A DNA stretch of 64,000 nt from an uncultured Alphaproteobacteria bacterium (GCA_963816555.1 CAWFLD010000012.1:5058-69057), one strand, 5' to 3'; shown: positions 19,019 to 30,287, numbered from the stretch's first letter. The notes: generated by a model from the letters alone, not told the origin. Made by a program: numbers and translations.

Positions 19019-21193
19019 TCAGCTGGCGGCGAAGCCCTGCGGCGGCTTGCGGCGGGGCAGCATGGCGAGGCGGTCGAGCCCGTCGGGGTCGGCGAGAACG
19101 GCCAGCCGCTCCTTCTTCGACAGATAGTGGCTCGCGTCCTCCAGCGTGTGCGCCGCCTCGAGGCGCGCGAGGCCGGTGACGAGGAGCGTGTCGATCTCGC
19201 CCGGCGGCAGCGGCTGGGGCGGCGGCAGGCTCGCCCGGTGGAAGGCGAGGAGCGCGGGATCCGACGCCAGCCGCAGCCCGGCGTCGACGTCTCCGTTCAG
19301 CTCGCGCTGGAGATCCTCGGTGATCCCCTGCGCCGCCGTCAGGATCGCCGGCCGCTCCAGCTCCTCCGGCGTCATCATCAGCCCCTTGCGCCGCATCCAC
19401 AGCCCGACGTCGCGACGCGACACGAAGAGCGAGGCGGGGATCGCGAGCACGAGGCCGATCACCGCCGGGCTCATCCAGGCGAGGAGCTGCGGCGAGACGA
19501 GCCAGGCGCTGACGCCGAGCACGACGCCGAACGCGGTGTGCATCGCGTGGCGGCGGGCGACGTCCTTCACCGGCATCGAGCCGTCGTCGCGCCGCTGCGG
19601 GTTCCAGCCGGAATCGCGGCCGATCAGGATCTCGAACACCGCCGCCGACTGGATGGCCATCAGGATCGGCGCGATGAAGGCGGAGATGAAGCTCTCCACC
19701 AGGACCGACAGCGTCCCCTTCCACGCGCCGCCGATCGCCGCCCGCCGCTTCGCGTCGGTGAGGGCGTAGGCGAGGCCGAGGAACTTCGGCGTGAACAGCA
19801 GCAGCATCGTCGCGATGAACAGGCCGATGGCGCGCTGCGAGTCGATCACCGGCCAGGTCGGGAAGAGCTGGAACTCCTTGGTGAAGTATTCCGGCCGGAT
19901 GAAGTGCGCCTGCAGCGCGAGGACGAGGCCGGCGAGCAGGAACATCAGCCAGATCGGCGAGGCGAGATAGGACATGATGCCCATGCCGAGATGCACCCGG
20001 CTGATCCAGTGCAGCCCCCTCGCGCCGATCACCTTGGAATGCTGCAGATTGCCCTGGCACCAGCGGCGGTCGCGCTGGGCGAGGTCGATCAGCGTCGGCG
20101 GGCTCTCCTCGTAGGAGCCGTCGAGCGTCGGCGCCATCTGGATCTGCCAGCCGGCGCGCCGCATCAGCGCCGCCTCGACGAAGTCGTGGCTGAGGATGTG
20201 GCCGCCGAACGGCGGCCGGCCGCGCAGATGCGGCAGGCCGGCGGCGTCGGCGAAGGCGCGGGTGCGGATGATCGCGTTGTGGCCCCAGTAGTTGCCTTCC
20301 GAGCGCGTCCACGAGGCGAGGCCGGCGGCGATCACCCGGCCGTAGACGCGGCCGGCGAACTGCTGCAGCCGCGCGAAGACCGTGTTGCGGTTGGCGAGCA
20401 TCGGCACGGTCTGCAGCAGGCCGAGATCGGGGTTCGCCTCGATCGTCGCGGCGAGCCGCAGCAGCGTGTCGACCTCCATCAGGCTGTCGGCGTCGAGGCA
20501 GATGAAGAACGGGTAGGCGGCGCCCGAGCGGCGCACCCAGTCGGCGACGTTGCCGGCCTTGCGCTCGGTGTTCTTGCGGCGGCGGCGATAGAAGATGCGG
20601 CAGCGCGGCGCCTTGCGCCTGAGAACTCCGCGATAGGCCACCTCCTCGGCGACCCAGACGTCGGGATCGGTCGTGTCGGCGAGCACGTAGACGTCGAACA
20701 GGTCGAGCGCCCCGGCCGCCGCCAGGCCCTCGGCGGTCGCCGCGGCGGCCGCGAAGACGCGCGAGGGGTCCTCGTTGTAGGCGGGGATGAGGATCGCGGT
20801 GCGGCTCTTCGGCATCGGCGTCGGGCCGCCGTCGGCCGGCCAGGAGGACGGGCGCCGCCCGAGGGCGGCGAAGCCGGCGATCGTGCTCACCGCGGACAGC
20901 GCGATCCACGCCACGTTGACGATGAAGAGGACGAGCATGACCCACTCGACGCTCGTCATGCCGGCGACCGAGAGCACGGCGTACATCTCGTGCGTGAACA
21001 GGCCGGTGAGCGCCAGCGTGCTGACCAGCACGGCGAGGCGGATGAACGTCGCGGCGAGATCGCCCGGCGGCACGTGGTGCGGCGCCGGGCGACGGCGCAG
21101 GTCCTGCGCCGGCATCGAGAGCGGTGCTTCCGGCGGCAGCACGACGTCGGAGATCCGGCGCCGCACCACCTTGGACTCGCCTAGGCTGACCAT
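19019..21193 (-). CDS. opgH: Osmoregulated periplasmic glucan glucosyltransferase OpgH (MdoH)
   Basis: PAYNEDP, RKAGNVADW, LDADSLM, NYWGHNAIIR, LSHDFVEAALMRRAGW, RDRRWCQGNLQH; start placed at ATG 21193 overlapping the opgG end. Confidence 0.93.
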   Translation of the reverse strand: MVSLGESKVVRRRISDVVLPPEAPLSMPAQDLRRRPAPHHVPPGDLAATFIRLAVLVSTLALTGLFTHEMYAVLSVAGMTSVEWVMLVLFIVNVAWIALSAVSTIAGFAALGRRPSSWPADGGPTPMPKSRTAILIPAYNEDPSRVFAAAAATAEGLAAAGALDLFDVYVLADTTDPDVWVAEEVAYRGVLRRKAPRCRIFYRRRRKNTERKAGNVADWVRRSGAAYPFFICLDADSLMEVDTLLRLAATIEANPDLGLLQTVPMLANRNTVFARLQQFAGRVYGRVIAAGLASWTRSEGNYWGHNAIIRTRAFADAAGLPHLRGRPPFGGHILSHDFVEAALMRRAGWQIQMAPTLDGSYEESPPTLIDLAQRDRRWCQGNLQHSKVIGARGLHWISRVHLGMGIMSYLASPIWLMFLLAGLVLALQAHFIRPEYFTKEFQLFPTWPVIDSQRAIGLFIATMLLLFTPKFLGLAYALTDAKRRAAIGGAWKGTLSVLVESFISAFIAPILMAIQSAAVFEILIGRDSGWNPQRRDDGSMPVKDVARRHAMHTAFGVVLGVSAWLVSPQLLAWMSPAVIGLVLAIPASLFVSRRDVGLWMRRKGLMMTPEELERPAILTAAQGITEDLQRELNGDVDAGLRLASDPALLAFHRASLPPPQPLPPGEIDTLLVTGLARLEAAHTLEDASHYLSKKERLAVLADPDGLDRLAMLPRRKPPQGFAAS

Positions 21194-22749
21194 CGGTAGA
21201 TCCAGACCTCGGAAATCGTCCTCTGCCCCAGCGACAGGGAACAACGCAGATCGAGCATGTCCGCTCCATCAGGATCGAAGTCTATGCTCACCCGCACGCC
21301 GGCCGTGTTCGGATTGCGCGTCAGGACCGCCGGCGCCATCTTGCCGCCGGTGCTGTCGACGACCGCCCGGAGCGCGGTGAAGTCCTGCAGCCTGTCGAGC
21401 GGGCCGCCGGTGAACTCGATGACGAGAAGGCGGCGCGAGGTGTTCTCGTCGAGGGCGGGATTGCCGCCGGCTCCGCCATAGGTTCCCGCCACCTTGGCGA
21501 GGTCGCGGTCGACCGGCACCGAGGGGCCCCAGTGCAGGCGATAGGTGAACTGGTAGTCCTCGCCCGCCGCCAGCTTCTGGGCGGGGCGCCAGAAGGCGAC
21601 GACGTTGTCGTGCACCTCGCGCTGCGTCGGGATCTCGACGAGCATCACGGTGCCGTCGCCCCAGTCGCCGACCGGCTCGACCCACAGGCTCGGCCGCCGC
21701 TCGTAGTCGGCCTCGAGGTCGCGGAAGTCGCTGAAGTCGCGGCTGCGCTGCATCAGCCCGAAGCCCTGCGGCTGCTGGTCGACGAAGGAGGAGACCTGCA
21801 GCGTCTGCGGGTTGATCAGCGGCCTCCACAGCCACTCGTTCCGGCCGTTCCACATCAGCAGCCCGTCGGAATCGTGCACCGCCTCCCGGTAGTCGTCGAT
21901 GCCGGCGCGGTCGTGCGGGGCGAACAGGAACATCGTCGTCATCGGCGCGATGCCGACCCGCTCGATTTCCGAGCGGGTGTAGAGCACCGACTCCACGTCC
22001 ATGACCGTGGTGTCGCCGTAGCGGACGGTGAAGCGGTAGGCGCCGGTCGTGCTCGGGCTGTCGAGCAGGGCGTGGATGACGATCGACGTGGCGTCGGGCT
22101 TGGGCCGCTCGATCCAGAACTCGCGGAAGGCGGGAAACTCCTCGCCCTGCGGGTCGGCGGTGCCGATCGCCAGGCCGCGCGCCGACAGCCCGTAGGTCTC
22201 GCCCTTGCCGACGGCCCGGAAATAGCTCGCGCCCTGGAACACGAGCATCTCGTCGAGATAGTCGTCGCGGTTGATCGGCGCATGCACCCGGAAACCGGAG
22301 AAGCCGAGATTGTCCTTCGGCAGGTCCTTCGGCACGAGCGGGCCGTAGTCGAAGAGGTCGGGCGAGAACAGCACGGGCCGCGACTGGCCGTTGGTGACGA
22401 CGTTGACCTGCACCGTCTCGGTGAAGACGTTGCCGGGATGGAAGAACTGGATCTCGTAGCGCGGCGGCTCGCCGCGCCACAGCGCGGCCGACGGCTTGAA
22501 GCGGATGTCGCGCAGCTGGTCGTAGGTCAGGTCCTCGACCGCCTGCGGCAGCGTCTGCTCGGGCTTCTTGTAGTCCTGCTGCGCGAGCGCACGCGCGCGC
22601 TGGCGCACCATCGCCGCGGTGAAGTCGCTGGGCGTTCCGAGCCTGATCGGCGATTGCTCCTCCTGGGCCAGCGCGTCTTCCGGAGGGAGCCATCGGGCAA
22701 AGGTGGCGGCAGCTCCCAACATCAGAAGCGAACGACGGTCCAACAGCAT
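21181..22749 (-). CDS. opgG: Periplasmic glucan biosynthesis protein OpgG (MdoG/MdoD family), Tat-exported
   Basis: Tat motif DRRSLL, FQGASYFRA, YGLSARGLA, EEFPAFREFW, VHDSDGL, DNVVAFW. Confidence 0.93.
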   Translation of the reverse strand: MLLDRRSLLMLGAAATFARWLPPEDALAQEEQSPIRLGTPSDFTAAMVRQRARALAQQDYKKPEQTLPQAVEDLTYDQLRDIRFKPSAALWRGEPPRYEIQFFHPGNVFTETVQVNVVTNGQSRPVLFSPDLFDYGPLVPKDLPKDNLGFSGFRVHAPINRDDYLDEMLVFQGASYFRAVGKGETYGLSARGLAIGTADPQGEEFPAFREFWIERPKPDATSIVIHALLDSPSTTGAYRFTVRYGDTTVMDVESVLYTRSEIERVGIAPMTTMFLFAPHDRAGIDDYREAVHDSDGLLMWNGRNEWLWRPLINPQTLQVSSFVDQQPQGFGLMQRSRDFSDFRDLEADYERRPSLWVEPVGDWGDGTVMLVEIPTQREVHDNVVAFWRPAQKLAAGEDYQFTYRLHWGPSVPVDRDLAKVAGTYGGAGGNPALDENTSRRLLVIEFTGGPLDRLQDFTALRAVVDSTGGKMAPAVLTRNPNTAGVRVSIDFDPDGADMLDLRCSLSLGQRTISEVWIYRWSA

Positions 22750-22954
22750 GAAACTCCCCTCTGAGGGCCCCCGCGGGGGCCAACGCGACTATGCCGGCTT
22801 GCGCATCTGCAAGTCACGCCTGTTCTAGCGGCAGCCTTGACGCATGAGAATGCGGTACGGGCAATATGGCGGAGCGCCACTCAGGATTTGTGGCGTGGGG
22901 ATAAACGAACCTTGAACGGTGGCCTCTTTGAGGCACCGCCTCGTCGCCGCGGGC

Positions 22955-23830
22955 TCAGGCGGCGTCGGAATCGCCGGGCGGCGCCTCGTCCGGCATGAAG
23001 GGCGCGGACCTGCCGCGCAGCGCGCCGACGAAGCCGGCGATGCGGCCGCGCTGCCGCTGCAGGCGCTGCCAGCGGCCGGAGACGAGATAGACCGGCAGCT
23101 TCGCCGCCATCCGGACGAGCGCCAGCCAGCGGCTGCCGCCGCCGTGCCGCTTCATGACGTAGGCGAGCGACCAGCCGAACGACATGTCCTTGAGCCGGCT
23201 GGTGCCGCCGTCGCTCGACGAGGAGCTGTCGCGCAGATGGGTGACGGTGGCGGAGGGCACGTAGACGATCGGCCGGCGCGCGGCGCGGTAGCGGAAGCAC
23301 AGCTCGTCTTCCTCGAAATAGAGGAAGATCGCGGGATCGAAGCCGCCGAACGCGACGAAGGGCGCGACGCGCACGAACATCGCGGCGCCGGAGATGACGG
23401 GGATGCAGGCCTCCCCGGTCGGCGGCTCGCGGTCGCGCTGCCGCGGCTCGAAGCTCGTCTCGACGCGGTAGGTCTCGCGCCCGTCGCCGTCGACGATGCG
23501 CGGCACGAAGAGATCGCAGCCGGGATAGCGCCGCGCCGCCTCGAGCAGGGCCGCCACGCCCGCCGCGTCGACGCAGGCGTCGGGATTGAGGATCAGCGCG
23601 AACTCGCTGTCGACCTGCGCGAGGCCCGCCATGATCGCCCGGCCGTAGCCGAAATTGGCCGGCATGCGCAGCACGCGCAGGCCGAGCCGCTCGGCGACCT
23701 CGGCGGTGCCGTCGCGGCTCGCATTGTCGACCACGACGGTCGGCAGCGGCGGGCAGTTCTCGGCCTGCCAGGGCAGCACCTCGGCCGAGTTGTACGAGAC
23801 GACGAGGCGGGTGAGCGGCTGGGCGGTCAT
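22955..23830 (-). CDS. Family 2 glycosyltransferase
   Basis: VVSYNS, VVVDNASRDG, NFGYGRA, LILNPDA, FLYFEEDEL; ATG 23830 overlaps the upstream stop. Confidence 0.85.
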   Translation of the reverse strand: MTAQPLTRLVVSYNSAEVLPWQAENCPPLPTVVVDNASRDGTAEVAERLGLRVLRMPANFGYGRAIMAGLAQVDSEFALILNPDACVDAAGVAALLEAARRYPGCDLFVPRIVDGDGRETYRVETSFEPRQRDREPPTGEACIPVISGAAMFVRVAPFVAFGGFDPAIFLYFEEDELCFRYRAARRPIVYVPSATVTHLRDSSSSSDGGTSRLKDMSFGWSLAYVMKRHGGGSRWLALVRMAAKLPVYLVSGRWQRLQRQRGRIAGFVGALRGRSAPFMPDEAPPGDSDAA

Positions 23831-24480
23831 GGCCGTCCGGCGACCACGATGAACTGCTTGGCGAGCAGGGTCTCGGCGGCGCCGCCGGTCGCCAGCGACA
23901 GCCAGCGGCGCAGCTCGAAGCGGCCGTAGCGCGAGGCGTTCTCGCAGCGAAGCGGCTCGAGGCCACCGGCGGAGGCGAGCTCGATCGCCGTCTCGCGCAC
24001 GAAGAAGCGCAGGTGGGTGCGGTCGAGCAGCCCGGAATCGCGGTAGCGGAAGTCGCCCTTCGTCAGCAGCCGCCAGATGAACTTCCAGTTGCGGATGTTC
24101 GGCACCGACACGATGAGCCGTCCGCCCGGGGCGAGGAGCGGGCTCAGCCGCCGCACGGCGCCCCACGGATCGACCATGTGCTCGAGCACGTCGAGGCAGA
24201 GGACGAGGTCGAGGCTGCCGGCGGGCACCGCCTCCTCGAGCGGCGCGTCGTCGAGGGGGCCTTCGAAGATGTAGTCGAAGCGCCGCCGGGCCGCCTCGGC
24301 CGCGGCGGGGTCGAGCTCGACGCCGCCGGTCCACTCGACGCTGCGCTCGGCGCGGATCGCCTCGACGGTCGCGCCGGCGCCGCAGCCGATGTCGAGCACG
24401 CGGGCGCAGCGCTCCGGCAGGTAGGGCAGGATCTCGCGCCGCGCGTGCGTGTAGTAGGTGTCGAGGTGTTCGCCGTTCAT
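23827..24480 (-). CDS. Class I SAM-dependent methyltransferase
   Basis: VLDIGCGAG, DLVLCLDVLEHMVDP, VSVPN, GLLDRTHLRFF (glycan-cluster type). Confidence 0.88.
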   Translation of the reverse strand: MNGEHLDTYYTHARREILPYLPERCARVLDIGCGAGATVEAIRAERSVEWTGGVELDPAAAEAARRRFDYIFEGPLDDAPLEEAVPAGSLDLVLCLDVLEHMVDPWGAVRRLSPLLAPGGRLIVSVPNIRNWKFIWRLLTKGDFRYRDSGLLDRTHLRFFVRETAIELASAGGLEPLRCENASRYGRFELRRWLSLATGGAAETLLAKQFIVVAGRP

Positions 24481-24635
24481 CCGTTCATCGCCGCCGGGCC
24501 CGCTCCGGCCGGAGCGGGCGGCGGCAGAATACAAGCCGCGCCGCAGCCCGCAACCGGGCGTTTGGCCACGGCGGCGAGGCCAGGACGGCAGGTCGGTCGG
24601 GGAGCGGGCAGTCCCGCCTGGTCAGTCCGGGCTGG

Positions 24636-25814
24636 TCAGTCCGGCTGGTCGCGGCCGAGCAGCCCCTTGTAGATCTCGGGATCGCCGACGCGGCCGATGA
24701 TCCTGCCCTCCTCCGCGACGAAGACGGGAAAGCCGCTGACCGTGCGCGCCGCCATGAGGTCGCGCACCGGCGTGTCGCGCGTGGCGATCGCGACCCGCCC
24801 CTCGACCGCCTCGGTGTCGGCGAGGGCGACCGTGCCGAGATCGCCCTGATGCTGGCGGAAGCGTCCGTCGCGGGTCAGCACGACCTCGCGCACGCGGTCG
24901 ACCATGATGCCGTCCGGCGTCGGGTCGAAGGCGTGGATCGGCTGCATGATGTCCTCGGCGCGCAGCACCGAGAGCGGGTTCATGTGCGCCACGAAGTCGG
25001 CCACGTACTCGTTCGCGGGATTGAGCACGATGTCGTGCGGCGTGCCGAACTGGACGATCCGGCCGCCCTCCATGATGGCGATCTTGTTGCCGATCTTGAG
25101 CGCCTCGTCGAGGTCGTGGCTGACGAAGATGATCGTGCGCTTCAGGCGCTCCTGCACCTCGAGGAGCTCGTTCTGCAGGCGCGAGCGGATCAGCGGGTCG
25201 AGCGCCGAGAACGGCTCGTCCATCAGGAGGATCGGCGCCTTCGTGGCGAAGGCGCGGGCCAGGCCGACGCGCTGCTGCATGCCGCCGGACAGCTCGTGGA
25301 CGTATTTCTCGCCCCAGCCCTTGAGGCCGACGAGCTCGAGCTGCTCCTCCACGGTCTTGCGCCGCTCGGACTGCCTGACGCCCGAGAGCTGCAGGCCGAA
25401 GCCGACATTGTCGTTCACGGTGCGCCACGGCAGCAGCGCGAACTGCTGGAACACCATGGTCACGAGGTGCCGCCGCAGGTCGCGGCGGTCGGACGCGGAG
25501 CAGGTGTGCGGGTTGATCACCTTCTCGGGCCCGCGCACCAGCACCTCGCCGCGCACCACGTCGTTCAGGCCGTTGACGGCGCGGATCAGGGTCGACTTGC
25601 CGGAGCCCGACAGCCCCATGAGGACGACGATCTCGCCCTCCTCGACGTCGAGCGTGGCGTCGGCGACGCCGAGGATCTGGCCCGTCTCCTCCTGGATCTC
25701 GCCGCGCGTCTTGCCCGCGTCGATGAGCGGCAGCGCGCTCTTGGGCTTGTCGCCGAAGACGATCGAGACGTTCTTGAACTGGACGATCGGGTTGCCGGGG
25801 GTCGTCTCGCTCAT
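24636..25814 (-). CDS. choV: Choline ABC transporter ATP-binding protein
   Basis: MSETTPGN...GLSGSGKST, LSGGMQQRVGLARA, LLMDEPFSALDPLIR; ATG 25814 overlaps the choW stop. Confidence 0.9.
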   Translation of the reverse strand: MSETTPGNPIVQFKNVSIVFGDKPKSALPLIDAGKTRGEIQEETGQILGVADATLDVEEGEIVVLMGLSGSGKSTLIRAVNGLNDVVRGEVLVRGPEKVINPHTCSASDRRDLRRHLVTMVFQQFALLPWRTVNDNVGFGLQLSGVRQSERRKTVEEQLELVGLKGWGEKYVHELSGGMQQRVGLARAFATKAPILLMDEPFSALDPLIRSRLQNELLEVQERLKRTIIFVSHDLDEALKIGNKIAIMEGGRIVQFGTPHDIVLNPANEYVADFVAHMNPLSVLRAEDIMQPIHAFDPTPDGIMVDRVREVVLTRDGRFRQHQGDLGTVALADTEAVEGRVAIATRDTPVRDLMAARTVSGFPVFVAEEGRIIGRVGDPEIYKGLLGRDQPD

Positions 25815-26656
25815 TTGCCGCCTCCCGGCTCGCTGACGCGGAAGAAGCGGTCGAGCACGATCGCCACCAGCACGATCGCCATGCCGACCTCGAAGCCGCG
25901 GGCGATGTTGACGGTGTTGAGCGCGCGCAGCGTCGGCACGCCGAGCCCGTCGGCGCCGACCAGCGCGGCGATCACGACCATCGACAGCGACAGCATGATC
26001 GTCTGGGTGAGGCCCGCCATGATGCTCGGCAGGGCGTAGGGCAGCTCGACCTGCCAGAGGAGCTGGCGCTTCGTGGCCCCGAAGGCCTGGCCCGCCTCGA
26101 GGAGCTGCGTCGGCGTCGAGGAGATGCCGAGCTGCGTCAGGCGGATCGGCGCGGGGATGGCGAAGATCACGGTGGCGATCAGGCCCGGCACCATGCCGAG
26201 GCCGAACAGGATGAGCGCCGGGATCAGGTAGACGAAGGTCGGGATCGTCTGCATCAGGTCGAGCACCGGCCGCAGCGCCTCGTAGAGCCACTTGCGGTGC
26301 GCCGCCGCGACGCCCACGGGCACGCCGATCACCATGCACACAAGGCTCGCGGAGAGGACCAGCGACAGCGTCTGCGTCGTCTCCTCCCAGTAGCCCTGGT
26401 TGATGATGAAGAGCAGGCTCAGCAGCACGAAGGCGGCGAAGACGAAGGAGCGCCGGACGACGTAGGCGAGGATCGTCGCCGCCCCCACGACGACCAGGGG
26501 ATGCGGCGCCTCGAGCACCCACAGGACCCAGTTGATCATCGTCTCGAGCACGTTCGAGATGAAGTCGAAGACGAACTGGCCGTTGAGCGTGATCCAGTCG
26601 ACGCCATCGGCCACCCACGGCCCGATCGGGATCTTATGTGCGGTCAGCCATTCCAC
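25811..26656 (-). CDS. choW: Choline ABC transporter permease
   Basis: WLTAHKIPIG, LDLMQTIPTFVYLIP, EAGQAFGA, QTIMLSLSMVVIAAL. Confidence 0.9.
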   Translation of the reverse strand: MEWLTAHKIPIGPWVADGVDWITLNGQFVFDFISNVLETMINWVLWVLEAPHPLVVVGAATILAYVVRRSFVFAAFVLLSLLFIINQGYWEETTQTLSLVLSASLVCMVIGVPVGVAAAHRKWLYEALRPVLDLMQTIPTFVYLIPALILFGLGMVPGLIATVIFAIPAPIRLTQLGISSTPTQLLEAGQAFGATKRQLLWQVELPYALPSIMAGLTQTIMLSLSMVVIAALVGADGLGVPTLRALNTVNIARGFEVGMAIVLVAIVLDRFFRVSEPGGGK

Positions 26657-26823
26657 GGAGCGATCCTCCCAAAATCCCGCCGCCCCCGACTACGAGCGTC
26701 TCGGGGAGAGCGGCGGCGCGGCTGGTGCAGGAAGACCGGCGCGGGCGACAGGCGGAAACGATGCCGCTCCCGCGCCGGAAGACGGGACGCGGCCGCCGGC
26801 GGGCGGCCGCGGCACTCAGCCTC

Positions 26824-27777
26824 TCAGAGGCCGAGCGACTTCTTGACGGCCGGAAGGCCCGGCTTGCCGTCGACGGTGGTGACGCCGTCGAGCCACTTGT
26901 CGAGCACGCCGGGATTGGCCTTCAGCCACGCCTTGGCGGCGTCATGGGCATCCTGGTTGTCGTCGATGATCTTGCCCATGATCTCGTTCTCCATCTGGAG
27001 CGTGAACTCGAGATTCTTCAGGAACTTGCCGACGTTCGGGCACTGCTCGACATAGCCCTTGCGGGTGTTGGTGTAGACCGTCGCGCCGCCGTAGTTCGGG
27101 CCGAAGATGTCGTCACCGCCCTTGAGGTAGGCGATGTCGAAGTTCGAGTTCATCGGGTGCGGCTCCCAGGCGAGGAAGACGACCGGCTTCTTGCGCTGCA
27201 CGGCCCGCTTGACCTGGGCGAGCATGCCCTGCTCCGACGACGCCACGAGCTCGAAGTCGCCGAGGCCGTAGGTGTCGTTCTCGATCATGTTGAGGATGAG
27301 CTTGTTGCCGTCGTTGCCCGGCTCGATCCCGTAGATCTTGCCGTCCAGCTCGTCCTTGAACTTCGAGATGTCCTGGAAGCTCTGCAGGCCCTCGTCGTAG
27401 GTGTATTTCGGCACGGCGAGCGTGTACTTGGCGCCCTCGAGGTTGGGCTTGTCGAGGACGTCGATCGTGCCCTTGTCGGTGTACGGCTTGATCTGCTCGC
27501 CCTGCGTCGGCATCCAGTTGCCGAGGAAGACGTCGATGTCGTTGCTCGCCATCGAGGTGAAGGTGACGGGGACCGAGAGAACCTTCGTGTTCGTGTCGTA
27601 GCCGAGCCCTTCCAGAACCGTCGTGGCGGTCGCGGTGGTGGCGGTGATGTCGGTCCAGCCGACGTCAGAGAACGTCACGGTCTTGCATTCGTCGGAGACC
27701 TGCGCCGCGGCCGGGGCCGCGCAAAAGGCCACGACGGCGGCTGCGATGGCTCCCTTGAGAGCGTGCTTCATATTCAT
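26824..27777 (-). CDS. choX: Choline ABC transporter substrate-binding protein
   Basis: Signal peptide, [43 protein letters not shown]; divergent from betI. Confidence 0.92.
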   Translation of the reverse strand: MNMKHALKGAIAAAVVAFCAAPAAAQVSDECKTVTFSDVGWTDITATTATATTVLEGLGYDTNTKVLSVPVTFTSMASNDIDVFLGNWMPTQGEQIKPYTDKGTIDVLDKPNLEGAKYTLAVPKYTYDEGLQSFQDISKFKDELDGKIYGIEPGNDGNKLILNMIENDTYGLGDFELVASSEQGMLAQVKRAVQRKKPVVFLAWEPHPMNSNFDIAYLKGGDDIFGPNYGGATVYTNTRKGYVEQCPNVGKFLKNLEFTLQMENEIMGKIIDDNQDAHDAAKAWLKANPGVLDKWLDGVTTVDGKPGLPAVKKSLGL

Positions 27778-27887
27778 TCTCCTCCGTCAATTCTTGCGTT
27801 GGAACCCAGCACACGACGCCCTGCGCGACGCCGCAAGGGCGAAGTTCCCTCATAGGAGCACTTTACGCGCGTGCTTGGCAAGGTTTA

Positions 27888-27907
27888 TTGATTGATCAGT
27901 CAATCAA
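27888..27907. promoter_or_regulatory. BetI-type operator between choX and betI
   Basis: Perfect inverted repeat TTGATTGA-TCAG-TCAATCAA between the divergent choline genes. Confidence 0.8.
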
Positions 27908-27930
27908 GTTCCGGGCGACCAGGGGACACC

Positions 27931-28518
27931 ATGCCGAAGCTGGGAATTCAGCCGGTCAGGAAGCAGGCGCTGATCGGCGCCGCCATCGAGGCGATCCACG
28001 ACGCCGGCTACTGCGACGTGACGGTCAGCCAGATCGCGCGGCGCGCCGGGGTCTCGCCGGCGCTCGCGCACCATTATTTCGGGTCGAAGGAGCACCTCCT
28101 GTCGGAGACGATGCGCCATCTGCTGGGCGAGCTCGGCCGCGGCGTCGCGGAGCGGCTCAAGGAAGCGCGGGGGCCGCGCCAGCGGCTGTCGGCGGTGATC
28201 GCCGGCAACTTCGCCACCGACCAGTTCAGCCCGAGCGTGATCTCCGCCTGGCTCGCCTTCTACCTGCAGGCCCAGACGAGCGAGGCGGCGAACCGCCTCC
28301 TGCGCATCTATTCCAAGCGGCTGCGCTCGAACCTCGTCTCGAGCCTCAAGCACCTGACCAGCCGGAAGCGGGCCGAGCACATCGCCGACGGCACCGCGGC
28401 GCTGATCGACGGGCTGTGGATCCGCCACGCGCTGCGCGCCGGGCCGCCGGACCCGGCGGCCGCCACGGCGCTGGTCGAGGACTACGTGGACACACAGCTG
28501 GCCGGAGGTGCGGCATGA
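27931..28518 (+). CDS. betI: Choline-responsive TetR-family repressor BetI
   Basis: [54 protein letters not shown]. Confidence 0.93.
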   Translation: MPKLGIQPVRKQALIGAAIEAIHDAGYCDVTVSQIARRAGVSPALAHHYFGSKEHLLSETMRHLLGELGRGVAERLKEARGPRQRLSAVIAGNFATDQFSPSVISAWLAFYLQAQTSEAANRLLRIYSKRLRSNLVSSLKHLTSRKRAEHIADGTAALIDGLWIRHALRAGPPDPAAATALVEDYVDTQLAGGAA

Positions 28519-30179
28519 GCGACGCGCTCGAAGCGGATTTCGTCATCGTCGGCGCGGGCTCGGCCGGCTGCGCCCTCGCCTACCGCCTGTCGGAGGACGG
28601 CAAGCACTCGGTGCTCGTGATCGAGGGCGGCGGCAGCGACTTCGGCCCGTTCATCCAGATGCCGGCGGCGCTGTCCTACCCCATGAACATGTCGCGCTAC
28701 GACTGGGGCTACCGGACGCAGCCCGAGCCGCATCTCGGCGGGCGCCAGCTCGCCGTGCCGCGCGGCCGCGTGCTCGGCGGCTCCTCGTCGATCAACGGCA
28801 TGGTCTACGTGCGCGGCCACGCCCTCGACTTCCAGGGCTGGGAGGCCGACGGCGCCAGGGGCTGGGGCTTCGCCGACGTGCTGCCCTACTACCGGCGGAT
28901 GGAGCACAGCCACGGCGGCGAGGACGGCTGGCGCGGCCATGACGGGCCGCTGCACGTGACGCGCGGGCCCCGCCGCAACCCGCTCTACCATGCCTTCGTC
29001 GACGCCGGGAAAGAGGCCGGCTACGGCGAGACCCCCGACTATAACGGCCATCGCCAGGAAGGCTTCGGGCCGATGGAGATGACGGTGTGGCACGGCCGGC
29101 GCTGGTCGGCGGCGAACGCCTATCTGAAGCCCGCCCGCAGGCGCAGGAACCTGCGCATCCTGCCCAACACCTATGTCCGCCGCATCGTCATCGAGAACGG
29201 CCGCGCCACCGGCGTCGAGGTCAGCCGGCGCGGCGGCGTCGAGAGGGTGAAGGCGCGGCGCGAGGTCATCCTCTCGGCCTCGGCGATCAACTCGCCGAAG
29301 ATCCTCATGCTGTCCGGCGTCGGCGACGGCCGGAAGCTCGGCAAGCTCGGCATCGAGGTGAAGAGCGACCGGCCGGGCGTGGGGCAGAACCTGCAGGACC
29401 ACCTGGAGATCTACCTGCAGGCGGAATCCCTGAAGCCGGTCACGCTCTACCGCTACAACAACCTGATCGGCAAGGCGCTGGTCGGCGCCCAGTGGCTGTT
29501 CACGAAGACCGGCATCGGCGCCTCGAACCAGTTCGAGTCGGCGGCCTTCATCCGCTCGAAGGCCGGCGTGCGCTACCCCGACATCCAGTACCACTTCCTG
29601 CCGCTGGCGGTCCGCTACGACGGCACCTCCGCCGTCAAGGCGCACGGCTTCCAGGTCCATGTCGGCCCCATGCGCTCGCCGTCGCGCGGCCATGTCGATC
29701 TGATCTCGCCGGAACCGGAGGCGCCGCCGTCGATTCTCTTCAACTACATGTCGCACGAGAGCGACTGGGAAGACTTCCGCGCCTGCATCCGGCTGACCCG
29801 CGAGATCCTGAGGCAGCCGGCCTTCAAGGAGTACATGGGGCGCGAGATCACGCCCGGCCCGGACGCGACCGACGACGCGGCGCTCGACGAGTTCGTCCGC
29901 GACGAGGTCGAGAGCGCCTACCACCCGTGCGGCACCTGCCGCATGGGCGCCGCCGACGATCCGCTCGCGGTCGTCGACCCGGAGTGCCGGGTGATCGGCG
30001 TCGACGGCCTGCGCGTCGTCGACAGCTCGATCTTCCCGCGCATCACCAACGGCAACCTGAACGCGCCGTCCATCATGGTGGGCGAGAAGGCGTCCGACCT
30101 CATCCTCGGCAAGTCGCCCTTGCCGCGCGACGAGCGGGAGCCGTGGATCCACCCGCACTGGGAAACGCAGCAGCGCTAG
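28515..30179 (+). CDS. betA: Choline dehydrogenase (GMC oxidoreductase)
   Basis: [52 protein letters not shown]; ATGA overlap with betI. Confidence 0.95.
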   Translation: MSDALEADFVIVGAGSAGCALAYRLSEDGKHSVLVIEGGGSDFGPFIQMPAALSYPMNMSRYDWGYRTQPEPHLGGRQLAVPRGRVLGGSSSINGMVYVRGHALDFQGWEADGARGWGFADVLPYYRRMEHSHGGEDGWRGHDGPLHVTRGPRRNPLYHAFVDAGKEAGYGETPDYNGHRQEGFGPMEMTVWHGRRWSAANAYLKPARRRRNLRILPNTYVRRIVIENGRATGVEVSRRGGVERVKARREVILSASAINSPKILMLSGVGDGRKLGKLGIEVKSDRPGVGQNLQDHLEIYLQAESLKPVTLYRYNNLIGKALVGAQWLFTKTGIGASNQFESAAFIRSKAGVRYPDIQYHFLPLAVRYDGTSAVKAHGFQVHVGPMRSPSRGHVDLISPEPEAPPSILFNYMSHESDWEDFRACIRLTREILRQPAFKEYMGREITPGPDATDDAALDEFVRDEVESAYHPCGTCRMGAADDPLAVVDPECRVIGVDGLRVVDSSIFPRITNGNLNAPSIMVGEKASDLILGKSPLPRDEREPWIHPHWETQQR

Positions 30180-30287
30180 CCCCAAGCCTCCGGCGGGCGT
30201 CTCCGGCCGGTGCCACCCCTAGCGGAAGACCCGGCGCAAGTCGGCACGCCACCGCAACCGGAACGAGACGCCCGGCGCAGCACCCGG

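Noticed and set aside
24618-24650. Short tandem repeat CTGGTCAGTCCGG at the choV stop
   Set aside because: About 2.5 copies with no spacers; local duplication, not CRISPR.
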